From positions 1,424 through 65,423 of the forward strand of contig JBAYJE010000003.1 of assembly GCA_041665265.1 (NCBI GenBank): a stretch of DNA of 64,000 nt, read 5' to 3'. Source of the stretch: Minisyncoccota bacterium (lineage in GTDB: Bacteria > Patescibacteriota > Minisyncoccia > UBA6257 > GWB1-50-10). The notes below the pieces were generated by a model. The model was not told the DNA's origin and did no database searches. It saw only the letters and a list, made by a program, of their open reading frames with translations. Position numbers and translations under genes: made by a program. Positions 36,789 through 47,067 of the stretch are shown here, one piece after another; position 1 is the stretch's first letter; every line of letters begins with the position of its first letter.

Positions 36789-37927
36789 ATATATTGATTG
36801 ACATACGACTTCTTAGTAAGGGTCGTGTCTCTGGTATTGAGGAGTATACCAAGTCCCTTATTGACGATCTTTTACACGAGGGGAGTAAAGAAACATTCCA
36901 TTTTTTCTATAATGGTTTTCATCATGCGCCTTTTCCAGCAATGTGGAAGGCAGCATCAAATGCGCGCCTTATTGAATGGAGTGTCCCCAATAAACTTCTT
37001 GATTTTACCACTCGATTTTTAAAATGGCCTCGCGTTGAACAAATTGCACATACTGACCTTGTATTCAGCCCTCATTTTAATCTCTTGCCTGCTACCGCAC
37101 ACACAAAAAGGGTCATTACTTTTCATGATCTCTCATTTCTCCATTTTCCAGAATTCTATCCGTTACGAAAAAGACTCTGGCATTGGCAACAAAATTATCG
37201 CGTACAGGCAACACACGCAGACGCACTTATTGCAGTTTCCGAATTCACACGACAAGATATCATTACCTCGCTTCGTGTTTCAGAAAAAAAGGTGCACACC
37301 ATCTATTCAGGTATTAATTCGTTTTTCTCCGAACTTCCAGAAAAAAGTCCAGAACGCGCACGCTTTGTAAAGGAAAAAAATCTCCACCAGCCATTTCTTT
37401 TATTTGTAGGAGTACTTGAACCAAGAAAAAACATATCAGGAATTATTCGCGCATTTAACGAAGTTAAAAAGATTTCCTATCATCGTGAATTACAGCTTAT
37501 TATTGTCGGAAGGAAGGGTTGGTTATGTGATACAATTTTTAGAGATGCAGCAGAGTCCCCATGGTCTCGTGATATTCGTTTTTGGGGAGAAGCATCTCTT
37601 GAAGATTTGAAGCTCCTCTATAATTTAACCTCGGCGTTCGTGTATCCATCTTTTTTTGAAGGATTTGGGTTTCCACCACTCGAAGCACAAGCATGCGGAG
37701 CACCAGTTATTACCTCAAATCGCTCCTCATTGCCAGAAATAGTGGGGGAAGGTGCACTTCTTGTTGATCCTTGGAAAATTGAGGAACTCATTACTGCGAT
37801 TGATTGTGTGGTGCGCGATACCTCTTTTGCAAATGATTTAAAAAAACGAGGACGAGTGAATGCGAAAAGATTTTCTTGGCAAAAAACTGCAAAACAAATT
37901 CTCGAACTTTTTCATTCACTTACCTAA
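36785..37927 (+). CDS. Glycosyltransferase family 4 (group 1)
   Basis: '[39 protein letters not shown]'. Confidence 0.8.
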   Translation: MNILIDIRLLSKGRVSGIEEYTKSLIDDLLHEGSKETFHFFYNGFHHAPFPAMWKAASNARLIEWSVPNKLLDFTTRFLKWPRVEQIAHTDLVFSPHFNLLPATAHTKRVITFHDLSFLHFPEFYPLRKRLWHWQQNYRVQATHADALIAVSEFTRQDIITSLRVSEKKVHTIYSGINSFFSELPEKSPERARFVKEKNLHQPFLLFVGVLEPRKNISGIIRAFNEVKKISYHRELQLIIVGRKGWLCDTIFRDAAESPWSRDIRFWGEASLEDLKLLYNLTSAFVYPSFFEGFGFPPLEAQACGAPVITSNRSSLPEIVGEGALLVDPWKIEELITAIDCVVRDTSFANDLKKRGRVNAKRFSWQKTAKQILELFHSLT

Positions 37928-37931
37928 CCGT

Positions 37932-40028
37932 ATGTCCCAACAAGTTCCTATAAAAAATATTGACCCGGTTTTAGTGGATATAAAAAATCCACGCATCAAT
38001 TATACGTGGTCATCTCACCACAAAGTGGTAGATTTACGCAAAACACCCATAGATGAGGGTGGCAAACGACGCACCATCGAATTCATTGCAAAAGTCTCTC
38101 TTTTTGCAGTACTTGGTGTAGTTTCGTTAGGAATTGTAGTCGAATCTTTTATTCTTTTTCAAACAAAAGATGTGGTAAAAAATGCAGGAGAAAAGATCGC
38201 ACAAAACTTCTCCATGTCAGTAGATGCATTTCAAAATTTAGAGCCCGATAAAGCAACCGCAGCATTAAGGCAAAATGGTACAGAAATTCGTGAACTCGAT
38301 GCAATTCTTGAAAACCGTCACACGTCTGGTTTTTTAAGTCTTATTGGGACAATTATTCCTACATTCCGTGAAGCAGGAACACTTGTAAAGCATGTGGCTT
38401 CGCTCAATATGAGTTTCTTAAAGCTTGCGGAAACGACTGATAAATTGAAACAGGATGGATTTACTGATTTTCAATCAAATGGGGATGCTCTTGTTGAAAA
38501 AATGACGAACGCACGAAACGCAATAAAAGTTATTCTTGCAGAAGCACAAGTAATTAAAAATGCGACCACCAATCTTCGAAGACTTTCCTCATTTTTTGAT
38601 AAGGTGGATAGCGTAATTGGAGAAAAATATCTTGCGCACAGTGCCGATCTTTACCGTGGAGATGCTGCAATCGAACATTTCTTGTCACTTGTGGATTCCG
38701 AAAAAGAAAAACATATTGCCCTTTTTTTTCAAAATCCTGCAGAAATAAGACCAGGCGGCGGATTTATTGGAAGCTATTCGGATATGACTATTCAAAATGG
38801 ACAGATGATGAACTTGGATGTGCGCGATATTTATGACCCTGATGGACAGTTCTTCGGCAAAGTCATTCCTCCTTATCAACTGCAAACGGTAAGTGAAAAA
38901 TGGGGTGCGCGTGATGCAAATTGGTTTTTTGACTTTCCCACTTCTGCAAAAACAGTACTCGGTTTTCTTGAGGAATCTCTCATGTATTCAGAAAAAGGCA
39001 TTACCTTTGATGGCGCGATTGCAATTAATATAGAAGTTATTAAAACGCTCCTTTCGGTAACTGGGCCAATTCCACTTCCTGAGTATAACCTTACTATTAC
39101 AAATGAGAATTTTCTTTTGGAAGTACAACGAGAGGTCGAAGCAGGAAAGGATAAGGCGGCAGGCCAGCCAAAAAAAATATTAAAAGTACTCACTCCAATG
39201 CTTCTAGAAAAATTGAAGGACCTTGATGCTGCAGGGAAAACCGACCTCATTAAAAAATTTACAAGCCACATTGGAAAGAAGGATATTATGTTCTATATGA
39301 AAGATGCTGAGTTAGCATCGTTCTTAAATGATGCGAAAGCAAATGGCGCAATATATACAATCCCACGCGATTTTTGGGGTTCGTATCTTGCGGTAGTGGA
39401 TGCAAATGTTGCAGGAGGAAAAACAGATGCATTTATGTCACAGTCGGTAAGCGCGGATATAAATGTAGACACGAGCGGCTCTCTCCTCACCGACATTACC
39501 GTGACGCGCACTCATAAAGGAGGGACACAAAAAGACCCATGGTGGAATACGGATAATAAAAATTTTATTCAATTATTGATGAATCCTGGTTCAAGCCTTG
39601 TAACGATGAAGGGGAATACAATAAAACTTATTAAACCCACATTCGACTACGAAGCAAATGAATATATAAAAAATCCAGACCTTGAAAGTATCGATTCGTC
39701 GCGTGTTGCACTTCCTGGATTTAATGCATGGACGATGAGCGAATTTGGGAAAACTGCATTTGCAACGTGGTTTACGGTACCCCCCGCAAAGACAGGGACC
39801 TTGACGCTACGGGTACATACCGACAATACTGCGGAGGCAACTCTTGAAGAGGGAAAGAAATATACCTTTGTATATGAGCGTCAATCGGGTGTCCCCACAA
39901 AGCTTTCCGTGTCCGTTTCAGCACCCGTCGGGTTTACCTGGGCCGAGTCAGGAACCCCGCTTTACACCTACACTAATGACGACATAGATGGACGCACCTT
40001 ATTTACTCTCGAATTAAAACGACAATGA
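37932..40028 (+). CDS. DUF4012-like large membrane-anchored extracytoplasmic protein
   Basis: An N-terminal TM and 'NPAEIRPGGGFIGSYSDM', the hallmark DUF4012 motif. About 700 aa. Confidence 0.5.
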   Translation: MSQQVPIKNIDPVLVDIKNPRINYTWSSHHKVVDLRKTPIDEGGKRRTIEFIAKVSLFAVLGVVSLGIVVESFILFQTKDVVKNAGEKIAQNFSMSVDAFQNLEPDKATAALRQNGTEIRELDAILENRHTSGFLSLIGTIIPTFREAGTLVKHVASLNMSFLKLAETTDKLKQDGFTDFQSNGDALVEKMTNARNAIKVILAEAQVIKNATTNLRRLSSFFDKVDSVIGEKYLAHSADLYRGDAAIEHFLSLVDSEKEKHIALFFQNPAEIRPGGGFIGSYSDMTIQNGQMMNLDVRDIYDPDGQFFGKVIPPYQLQTVSEKWGARDANWFFDFPTSAKTVLGFLEESLMYSEKGITFDGAIAINIEVIKTLLSVTGPIPLPEYNLTITNENFLLEVQREVEAGKDKAAGQPKKILKVLTPMLLEKLKDLDAAGKTDLIKKFTSHIGKKDIMFYMKDAELASFLNDAKANGAIYTIPRDFWGSYLAVVDANVAGGKTDAFMSQSVSADINVDTSGSLLTDITVTRTHKGGTQKDPWWNTDNKNFIQLLMNPGSSLVTMKGNTIKLIKPTFDYEANEYIKNPDLESIDSSRVALPGFNAWTMSEFGKTAFATWFTVPPAKTGTLTLRVHTDNTAEATLEEGKKYTFVYERQSGVPTKLSVSVSAPVGFTWAESGTPLYTYTNDDIDGRTLFTLELKRQ

Positions 40029-41845
40029 AACTCCATATTAGAAATTTCGTCATAATTGCACATGTAGATCACGGCAAGAGCACTCTTGCCGATCGTCTTT
40101 TGGAAGTCACGGGAACCATTGAAAAAAGGAAAATGAAAGAACAGTATCTCGATCAACTTGAACTTGAGCGGGAGCGTGGTATTACGATTAAAATGGCACC
40201 AGTGCGCATGCATTACACCATGAACGACATGGAGTATATTTTGAATCTTATTGATACACCGGGACACTCTGATTTTTCATATGAAGTTTCTCGCGCGCTT
40301 AATGCGGTGGAAGGCGCAGTGCTTCTTGTTGACGTGACTCAAGGAATCCAAGCACAAACACTCGCAAATTATCGACTCGCAAAAGCAGCTGGCCTCACTG
40401 TGCTTGGTGCATTGAATAAAGTTGATTTCTTTAAACTCGAATCAGGAGAAATTGATTTTGAAAATGACAGGTTGAAAAATCACAGGAGAGACCTCGCTGA
40501 ACTTATTGGGGTATCAGAGAATGAAATTTATTATGTGTCAGGAAAAAGTGGAGATGGCGTTGATGAACTTCTAAAAGGGATTGTCACCAAAGTACCTCCT
40601 CCTCAAGATGAGAAAATTGGAGTGGGTCGTGCATTGGTATTTGATTCTTTCTACGATGACCATAAAGGAATTATCGCGTCTGTTCGAATGTGGAATGGGG
40701 AGGTAAATGGAGAAAATGCGATTTATCTTGTGGCCACAAACACCCATTCAAAAATAAAAGAAATTGGCCACTTTATGCCTCAGTTAAAAGTACTTCCTAT
40801 TCCACAAACACTCTCCGCAGGTGAAATTGGGTACATTGCAACTGGCATTCGGGACCCCGAAAAGATTCGCATTGGAGACACAATACTTATTGGCAATTTT
40901 AAGAATTCAAGTGAGTTAGCATTGCCAGGATATAAAGAAGCAATGTCGGTAGTATTTGTATCATTTTATCCAGAGGAAAATGATGATTTCGAGATGCTCT
41001 CGAAAGGGTTACAAAAATTAAAACTGAATGATTGTGCACTTCATATAGAACCAGACCAAAACGAAGTATTAGGCCGTGGATATAAAGTGGGGTTTTTAGG
41101 AAGGCTCCATTTTGAAATTACGAGTGAACGTCTTTTGCGTGAATTTAATGTGGCAACGGTAAATACATTTCCTTCGGTGCTTTATAAGGTGAAGAAAGGG
41201 GAGGAGTGGCTCATGATTGTAAAACCAGAAGAGTTGCCACAAGATTATGACGAATTGTGGGAGCCAATCATTACTGTAGAAATTATTCTGCCAAATGAAT
41301 ATCTTTCGAGTGTACTCTCACTTCAAAAAAAGTTTCGTTTTTCTGATCTTCATACAGAAACTTTAGGTGATCGTATTCGTCTTATCACTCAAATGCCACT
41401 TGCAGAACTTGTAAGTGATTTCGATGACCAACTAAAGTCCGCCACAAAAGGAATGGCTTCATTCAGTTATGAGTTTGTAAAATATGCAAAAGCGGACATC
41501 GCCCGGGTTGATATTCTCATCTCTCATGAAAGTATTCCGGGTCTTAGTCGCTTTCTTCCAAGGGAATCACTTGAACGAGAAGCGCGTCAAATGGTGTCAC
41601 GCCTAAAAGACCTCCTACCACGCCAGCAGTGGAGTCAACCAATTCAAGCACAATCCGAAGGAAAGATTCTTTCTCGTGATGACATTGCCGCATTACGTAA
41701 GGATGTGACAGGGTATCTCTATGGAGGTGATCGTACACGAAAAATGAAACTCTGGAAGAAGCAAAAACGTGGAAAGAAGAATCTTTTAGAACGTGCAACA
41801 GTACAAATTGCACCTGAAGTATTTAAGGAACTCCTCAAGCGCTAA
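40025..41845 (+). CDS. lepA: Elongation factor 4 (LepA)
   Basis: 'NFVIIAHVDHGKSTLADRLLE', 'ERERGITIK', 'DTPGHSDFSYEVSRAL'. Confidence 0.95.
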   Translation: MKLHIRNFVIIAHVDHGKSTLADRLLEVTGTIEKRKMKEQYLDQLELERERGITIKMAPVRMHYTMNDMEYILNLIDTPGHSDFSYEVSRALNAVEGAVLLVDVTQGIQAQTLANYRLAKAAGLTVLGALNKVDFFKLESGEIDFENDRLKNHRRDLAELIGVSENEIYYVSGKSGDGVDELLKGIVTKVPPPQDEKIGVGRALVFDSFYDDHKGIIASVRMWNGEVNGENAIYLVATNTHSKIKEIGHFMPQLKVLPIPQTLSAGEIGYIATGIRDPEKIRIGDTILIGNFKNSSELALPGYKEAMSVVFVSFYPEENDDFEMLSKGLQKLKLNDCALHIEPDQNEVLGRGYKVGFLGRLHFEITSERLLREFNVATVNTFPSVLYKVKKGEEWLMIVKPEELPQDYDELWEPIITVEIILPNEYLSSVLSLQKKFRFSDLHTETLGDRIRLITQMPLAELVSDFDDQLKSATKGMASFSYEFVKYAKADIARVDILISHESIPGLSRFLPRESLEREARQMVSRLKDLLPRQQWSQPIQAQSEGKILSRDDIAALRKDVTGYLYGGDRTRKMKLWKKQKRGKKNLLERATVQIAPEVFKELLKR

Positions 41846-41885
41846 AAGTGCATCTATAATACCTACTTTTGTATACTATATAAGT

Positions 41886-42128
41886 ATGGGATTCTTACCG
41901 AAATCGTTTCGACCTCACGTTGCAATGCTTATGACTGCATTGATATTTTTGCTTATTCAATTTATTAGCGAACTCCTGATGGTGTATGCGATTACAGAAC
42001 GATTCCCTGATGCAGGTACTTTTCTTTATGCATCAAAACAACTTGTTATTTTCTTCCACATTATTGTGACTATAGCACTTGTCTCGTATGCGAGAACAAT
42101 AAGCAAACGTTTCTATAAAGAATCATAA
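41886..42128 (+). CDS. Hypothetical small membrane protein
   Basis: 'MGFLPKSFRPHVAMLMTALIFLLIQF...' has 2-3 TM helices. Confidence 0.4.
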   Translation: MGFLPKSFRPHVAMLMTALIFLLIQFISELLMVYAITERFPDAGTFLYASKQLVIFFHIIVTIALVSYARTISKRFYKES

Positions 42129-42129
42129 T

Positions 42130-42423
42130 ATGAGATTCATAAAACCAATTATTATTCTTATAATAGTTATTATTCTCGGCTATGGAATATATAGTCTTGT
42201 GCGCGAGAGAAATGCTATTGAAAAGGAGATGCAACAACTTGCAGACACCGCACAAAAATTGAATGTGGAAAATGCAGAATACCAGGCAAAAATTTCGCAA
42301 TATAAAAGGCCTGAAAATCTTCTTAAACTTTCTCGTGAGCAATTCAACTACAGGAGAGAGGGAGAAAAGATGATTATTGTAGTACCTGGAAATGCAAGTA
42401 CATCTTCGAGTACCGCGAGATAA
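42130..42423 (+). CDS. Septum formation initiator (FtsB/DivIC/FtsL-like)
   Basis: A single TM 'IIILIIVIILGYGIYSL' plus a coiled coil and 'KMIIVVPG'. Confidence 0.6.
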   Translation: MRFIKPIIILIIVIILGYGIYSLVRERNAIEKEMQQLADTAQKLNVENAEYQAKISQYKRPENLLKLSREQFNYRREGEKMIIVVPGNASTSSSTAR

Positions 42424-42673
42424 ACTCATTATAAGTAAACTCACATCCCATGAGTCATAGATTATTTAAAAAATTAGACGAGGAATTAGATACCATTCTT
42501 GATGATTTTAATAAAAACTTTCATATTCCACCGATTCTTTTGATGGCATTAAAATTGAAACATTCGAACAAAATTCAAGAAATTATTAAAAAATACAGCA
42601 GAAAAAATGACGAAGAGTAAGGAATAAAACCTCTCTATACAATAACTGTATTTCCAGGATATAGTGAAGGAAG

Positions 42674-42744
42674 GTGGGATTGGTTCAGTGGTAGAATGCG
42701 ACCTTCCCAAGGTTGAGACACGGGTTCGATTCCCGTATCCCGCA
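42674..42744 (+). tRNA. tRNA-Gly (anticodon CCC)
   Basis: GTGGGAT-TG-GTTC-AGTGGTA-GAAT-G-CGACC-TTCCCAA-GGTTG-AGAC-ACGGG-TTCGATT-CCCGT-ATCCCGC-A. Confidence 0.8.
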
Positions 42745-42837
42745 CTAGAAAAACTCCCATTTATGGGGGTTTTGTTTAAAGAAATACATATTAATAGGTG
42801 AGTAAAATGCTATACTAAAAGGGATAAAGCGAATGCA

Positions 42838-42866
42838 TTGACATTTTGCTGTTTCGGTAGTATAAT
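42838..42866 (+). promoter_or_regulatory. Consensus sigma70 promoter (TTGACA-17-TATAAT)
   Basis: TTGACA at 42838-42843 and TATAAT at 42861-42866. It drives the small-protein / giant-protein pair. Confidence 0.65.
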
Positions 42867-42889
42867 ATAAACCAATAAATACAATACTT

Positions 42890-43204
42890 ATGAACCAAAC
42901 ACGTATTGAAGAGCTCATGAAAGTAGACTTGTTTGAAGCCTTGAATATAGATGGTTTTTCAGTCGAGAAAAAACTTGAGGTGATGGATGAGATTGCACAA
43001 GTTGCAATGAAAGGAATCTGGTTGAAGATTCTTGAAAATCTCTCTGAAGAAGAGCAAGAACAATTAAATCTGCTTCTTGATAAAGGACCAAGTTCAGAAG
43101 AACTTACCACGTTTCTCAAAACGTCGATTCCGAATCTCGAAAATCTTATCAAGGGAGAAATTGCTTCATATAAAGCGATGCTTCTTCCTCCAGAAATTAA
43201 CTAG
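42890..43204 (+). CDS. Hypothetical small acidic protein (104 aa)
   Basis: ORF in an operon with the giant gene. No known motifs. Confidence 0.5.
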   Translation: MNQTRIEELMKVDLFEALNIDGFSVEKKLEVMDEIAQVAMKGIWLKILENLSEEEQEQLNLLLDKGPSSEELTTFLKTSIPNLENLIKGEIASYKAMLLPPEIN

Positions 43205-43220
43205 TTAATTATTTTTACAT

Positions 43221-46200
43221 ATGAACATGGAAATACCTCCAAAAAGCACTACAACACCGGTCAAAGAAGCAGAAAAGACTCAAGAGATTATCTCACCTGA
43301 GAAACTTAAAGTTGCCGAGGTACTTCTTGGTGATAAGAATTTTAATATTGAGGATCTTTACGAGAAGTCAAAAGAAGGTAAGGGGTCAGTATTGAATCAG
43401 GATAGGGCTCGAGAAAAAATGAAGGAAGTAGAAGCATTCTCTCCAGAGGCGCGTAAATGTGCGGAGGATGTGGTTTCGGCGCGCGAGGAAAGTGCGCGGG
43501 TTTTGGAACAAGCGTACGAGATTAAAAAGAGAGATCCCAATTCGAAAAAACTAAAAATTTCAGATATTATTAGTCTTTTTCCGGATGAGCAAAAAAATAC
43601 AAAAGAAAAACACGAAAATGCGGTTATCGCTCTCAAGAAAACTATTCTTCAAGATGAGATTATTACCTTGCGACAAAAGCATGGTCAAAATCCTGAATCC
43701 GATAAACTTATAAGAGAAGGTATCAAAAACGGAACAACACTCGAATCAATTCGAAATATTTCGGTTATGGAACTTGCGCGCATGAACGATGCGCGAGAAG
43801 GGGTTAACAAAGGGAATTCAAAACTTTGGGAAAATATTAAAAAACCTTTTGCAGCTTTTGCAAAAATAGAACCACGAGCCTTACGTTCAGTGGTGGGTTC
43901 AAGTATTTTTACCGCCGGACTCATTGGAGGAAGTGTTGCATTTAGTATTCCAATTGCAGCTGCGGCAGCAGGATACGGAACCTATGCCGGTTATCGCGTA
44001 GTCCGCGCACTTGTAGGGGGCACTATTTCAGCTTTTGTACAAAAGCATGTTACTAACAAAATCGTAGAAAGCGCATACAAAGTAGACACAAAAAAAGCAT
44101 TTGAAGATATCAAGAAAAGCACAAAACAGAGCGTTGTTGAGCAAGGTATTTCAGATGAACTTTCAGAGATAGTTGATTTAGAAAGTTTAGCTTCTCAAAA
44201 TTTTAGTACCGACAAAGAACTCGCTGAAGAATATTCAAAGAAAATGAAGAAGGCTCGTCGTCTTCACACCGCAAATGCGATTGGTTCGGGTGTTATCACT
44301 GGAGCTGCAGGTGGTATGATTGGCGCAAAAGGACTCGACTTCAGTATAGGAAAATTCGATGAGTTTACTGGAGGAGGTTCTACACCCGAACAAATTCCCG
44401 GCGTTATACCAAAAGGTGAACCAGAATGGGAATCTACTACCGCACAAAAAGGTGATTCGGTTTGGAGTGTTGTTGAACACGATTTAGAAAAAAACGTTCC
44501 TGGATTCAAGGATATGACGGAAGCGGAAAGAACATATGTAATCGATCACTACAAAGATTATGTAGAAGCGGATCCTGAAAAATTTGGTCTTACTAACCCC
44601 GATCAGATTAAAATTGGATGGGGTAAGGAAGTTGACAGTCTTTTTAATAACAAGCAGGAGCTTGCAGAAATCATTGGTACGGCAAAGGGATTAAAACCTG
44701 AAGAAGTTCAGAATATTTTGCGCACCAACGAATGGAATAGATTGCATCCTGATGGCATAAGTCACGAAGAAGTAGTTCCACAGGGAGCACAAACACCGGA
44801 AGAATTACGACCTGCATTTTCACCAGAAGATCAGCGTATATACAGCCAGGCGATGCAAAATTATCGTGGAGGTACTTTTGAACAAGGTTCTGCTGCATGG
44901 AATTCGGCTCACGCACAAGGTGAACAATCACTTCTTGCATTAGCGCATGATCATCCAAGAGTAATGCAAAATCCCGCATACCAAGATTTCAAATACACGG
45001 TAAGAAATATCTTCGGAGAACACCTTCAGAAAGAACTTGGTGAGGGTGGTATGCTCAAGATGTTTCAAAGTGCTGACCATGATGACTTGGTTCGAGAAAC
45101 ATCAGGTATTGCAGAAACATTTGGATTAAAACCACAAGAAGCGCAAATATACACCGCGTTTCTTGGTCAAGGCCACGAGCTTGATGAAAATACATTTAAA
45201 CCATTTGTAAATCCAGAAACAGGTGAGGTTTCTATGAAAGAGTTTGCCCGCTCCATCGGTCAATTTGGTGCAATTGCTGAAAACAATCACGATCTTCCTG
45301 ATATTCCTGTGGGAAAAACAGTATCGGCGTGGGAGCCACGAATCATTCGTGTGGGTGATAATAATTATCTCGGCCTTGTCCGTAATGCGGGTGAGGGAAA
45401 ATTTGAGTATTCAATTGAGCCAGGTGATGTAAGTGGTGCAAGTAAAACGGGCATGGAACTAATGCTTGAACAAGGAGCGAAGTCCACTCCAATTAATGCT
45501 GAAGCGCCAATAGAAAATGTTCGTGCAATACCTCCCTCATCAATAAGAGGACTCGCTGATACAGTTCAGAAAATTGGTCCGTCAACTGAATCTAGTATTC
45601 CAAAAACAGACTTGAATGAACCAATGAAAGGAGTGGTAGTTCCAGAAAATATTCAACACGAACTTGCTGCTTCACAGGAAGAACTTTATAAAACGATTGG
45701 ACTTCAAGCGAGTATTGAATCAGGGGATATTGAGCGAATTCATAATTCCCTCGTAAATATCGGAAAGGTATATGGATTAAGTCCTCAAGAAACTTCTGTA
45801 TTTGAGCAATATACCGCAGGAGGAAAGCCACTCACTACAGAAACAATGCGAGGGTTTGTTGATCAGGAAACAAGAACTCCAGCTTTTGCAAAAGTTGCGG
45901 AAGCCATGAACGAGTTTAAAGAAGTGGCAAAGAGAACAGAACTTCCACAAAATCTCCCTGGTGAAGCCGTTTCTGATTGGGAACCAAGAATGATAAAGAC
46001 GGGTGTAAGCGGAACAGGAAGACTTGGACTTGTACATAAGATGGGTCCGAATTTATACGAAGTAAAAGTAGGAAATGCCGAAATGACTTCGTTATCACGC
46101 ACTGATATGCAAGAGCTTATCGTTGGGGCAAAAGTAGACAATGTTAATGAAATGGGCCCCGTTGCAGTAGAAACTTCAGTAGTGCGCGAAGCAACTGACG

Positions 46201-46967
46201 AAATAAACAAACAGCCGATTAATATCAATTCATTAAATGAAGGTCCTTCAGTTGAAGCAGAACGATTTAGGACAGGAGAACAACTTAAAGAGGAAATCAG
46301 TGAGCGATTAGCAAAAAAACCGATCGGAAGAACTGAAGCGTTCAAGGTACCTAAGATGAATTTGAATGAACCAATGAAAGGAGTGGTAGTTCCAGAAAAT
46401 ATTCAACACGAACTTGCTGCTTCACAGGAAGAACTTTATAAAACGATTGGACTCAGGGAGGAATCGGGGAGTATTGAGCAGATACATGATTCATTTGTGC
46501 GTATTGGAAATGTGTACGGATTAAGCACAAAGGAAATTGCTGTATTTGAGCAATATGCATTTAATAACGAAACGCTTATTAATCCAGAAACCGGAGCTCC
46601 AAGCTTTGCAAAAGTTGCGGAAGCCATGAACGAGTTTAAAGAAGTGGCAAAGAGAACAGAACTTCCAAAGAATATTTCTGGAGAAACCTATTCCAATTGG
46701 GAACCTAGAAAATTAGGAATAAGGTTTGGTACCGAAAGAATAGAGGAGCTCGGGCTCGTACGTAAGACGGGACCCGCAACATACGATATGAGAATAGGCA
46801 ATAGAGCACTCACTTCGATAACTGAGGGACAAGTGCGACAAGCTATTGATGCGGGACATTGGGATGACGTCATTCCAGTAAAACCTACCGCTCCGATGCC
46901 TCCTGGAAGTGAACAAATTGGGCAATCCGATAGAATTATAAAAGGCCGTTCTCCTGAAAATATCTAA
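43221..46967 (+). CDS. Giant membrane-anchored surface protein (1248 aa) with a TM hairpin, a LysM-like segment and three ~240-aa tandem repeats
   Basis: Continuous ORF. Gly/Ala-rich hydrophobic segments around aa 215-270 and 330-345. 'QKGDSVWSVVEHDL...NPDQIKIGWGKEV' is LysM-like. The repeated unit is 'LNEPMKGVVVPENIQHELAASQEELYKTIGL...FAKVAEAMNEFKEVAKRTELP'. Confidence 0.8.
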   Translation: MNMEIPPKSTTTPVKEAEKTQEIISPEKLKVAEVLLGDKNFNIEDLYEKSKEGKGSVLNQDRAREKMKEVEAFSPEARKCAEDVVSAREESARVLEQAYEIKKRDPNSKKLKISDIISLFPDEQKNTKEKHENAVIALKKTILQDEIITLRQKHGQNPESDKLIREGIKNGTTLESIRNISVMELARMNDAREGVNKGNSKLWENIKKPFAAFAKIEPRALRSVVGSSIFTAGLIGGSVAFSIPIAAAAAGYGTYAGYRVVRALVGGTISAFVQKHVTNKIVESAYKVDTKKAFEDIKKSTKQSVVEQGISDELSEIVDLESLASQNFSTDKELAEEYSKKMKKARRLHTANAIGSGVITGAAGGMIGAKGLDFSIGKFDEFTGGGSTPEQIPGVIPKGEPEWESTTAQKGDSVWSVVEHDLEKNVPGFKDMTEAERTYVIDHYKDYVEADPEKFGLTNPDQIKIGWGKEVDSLFNNKQELAEIIGTAKGLKPEEVQNILRTNEWNRLHPDGISHEEVVPQGAQTPEELRPAFSPEDQRIYSQAMQNYRGGTFEQGSAAWNSAHAQGEQSLLALAHDHPRVMQNPAYQDFKYTVRNIFGEHLQKELGEGGMLKMFQSADHDDLVRETSGIAETFGLKPQEAQIYTAFLGQGHELDENTFKPFVNPETGEVSMKEFARSIGQFGAIAENNHDLPDIPVGKTVSAWEPRIIRVGDNNYLGLVRNAGEGKFEYSIEPGDVSGASKTGMELMLEQGAKSTPINAEAPIENVRAIPPSSIRGLADTVQKIGPSTESSIPKTDLNEPMKGVVVPENIQHELAASQEELYKTIGLQASIESGDIERIHNSLVNIGKVYGLSPQETSVFEQYTAGGKPLTTETMRGFVDQETRTPAFAKVAEAMNEFKEVAKRTELPQNLPGEAVSDWEPRMIKTGVSGTGRLGLVHKMGPNLYEVKVGNAEMTSLSRTDMQELIVGAKVDNVNEMGPVAVETSVVREATDEINKQPININSLNEGPSVEAERFRTGEQLKEEISERLAKKPIGRTEAFKVPKMNLNEPMKGVVVPENIQHELAASQEELYKTIGLREESGSIEQIHDSFVRIGNVYGLSTKEIAVFEQYAFNNETLINPETGAPSFAKVAEAMNEFKEVAKRTELPKNISGETYSNWEPRKLGIRFGTERIEELGLVRKTGPATYDMRIGNRALTSITEGQVRQAIDAGHWDDVIPVKPTAPMPPGSEQIGQSDRIIKGRSPENI
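45612..46667 (+). repeat. Near-identical intragenic DNA repeats (92-bp block 45612-45703 = 46362-46453; ~64-bp block 45884-45947 = 46604-46667; period 720-750 bp)
   Basis: Exact nucleotide identity of the blocks, seen directly in the sequence. Confidence 0.8.
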
Positions 46968-47067
46968 GTGAATTCAAAAAGAGCCTGGGATAGGCTCTTT
47001 TTGTTGACACAGCACTATTTTTCTGGCATAAAGAGAACAGTCACTTTTAAATAATCTGGAGAAACCA

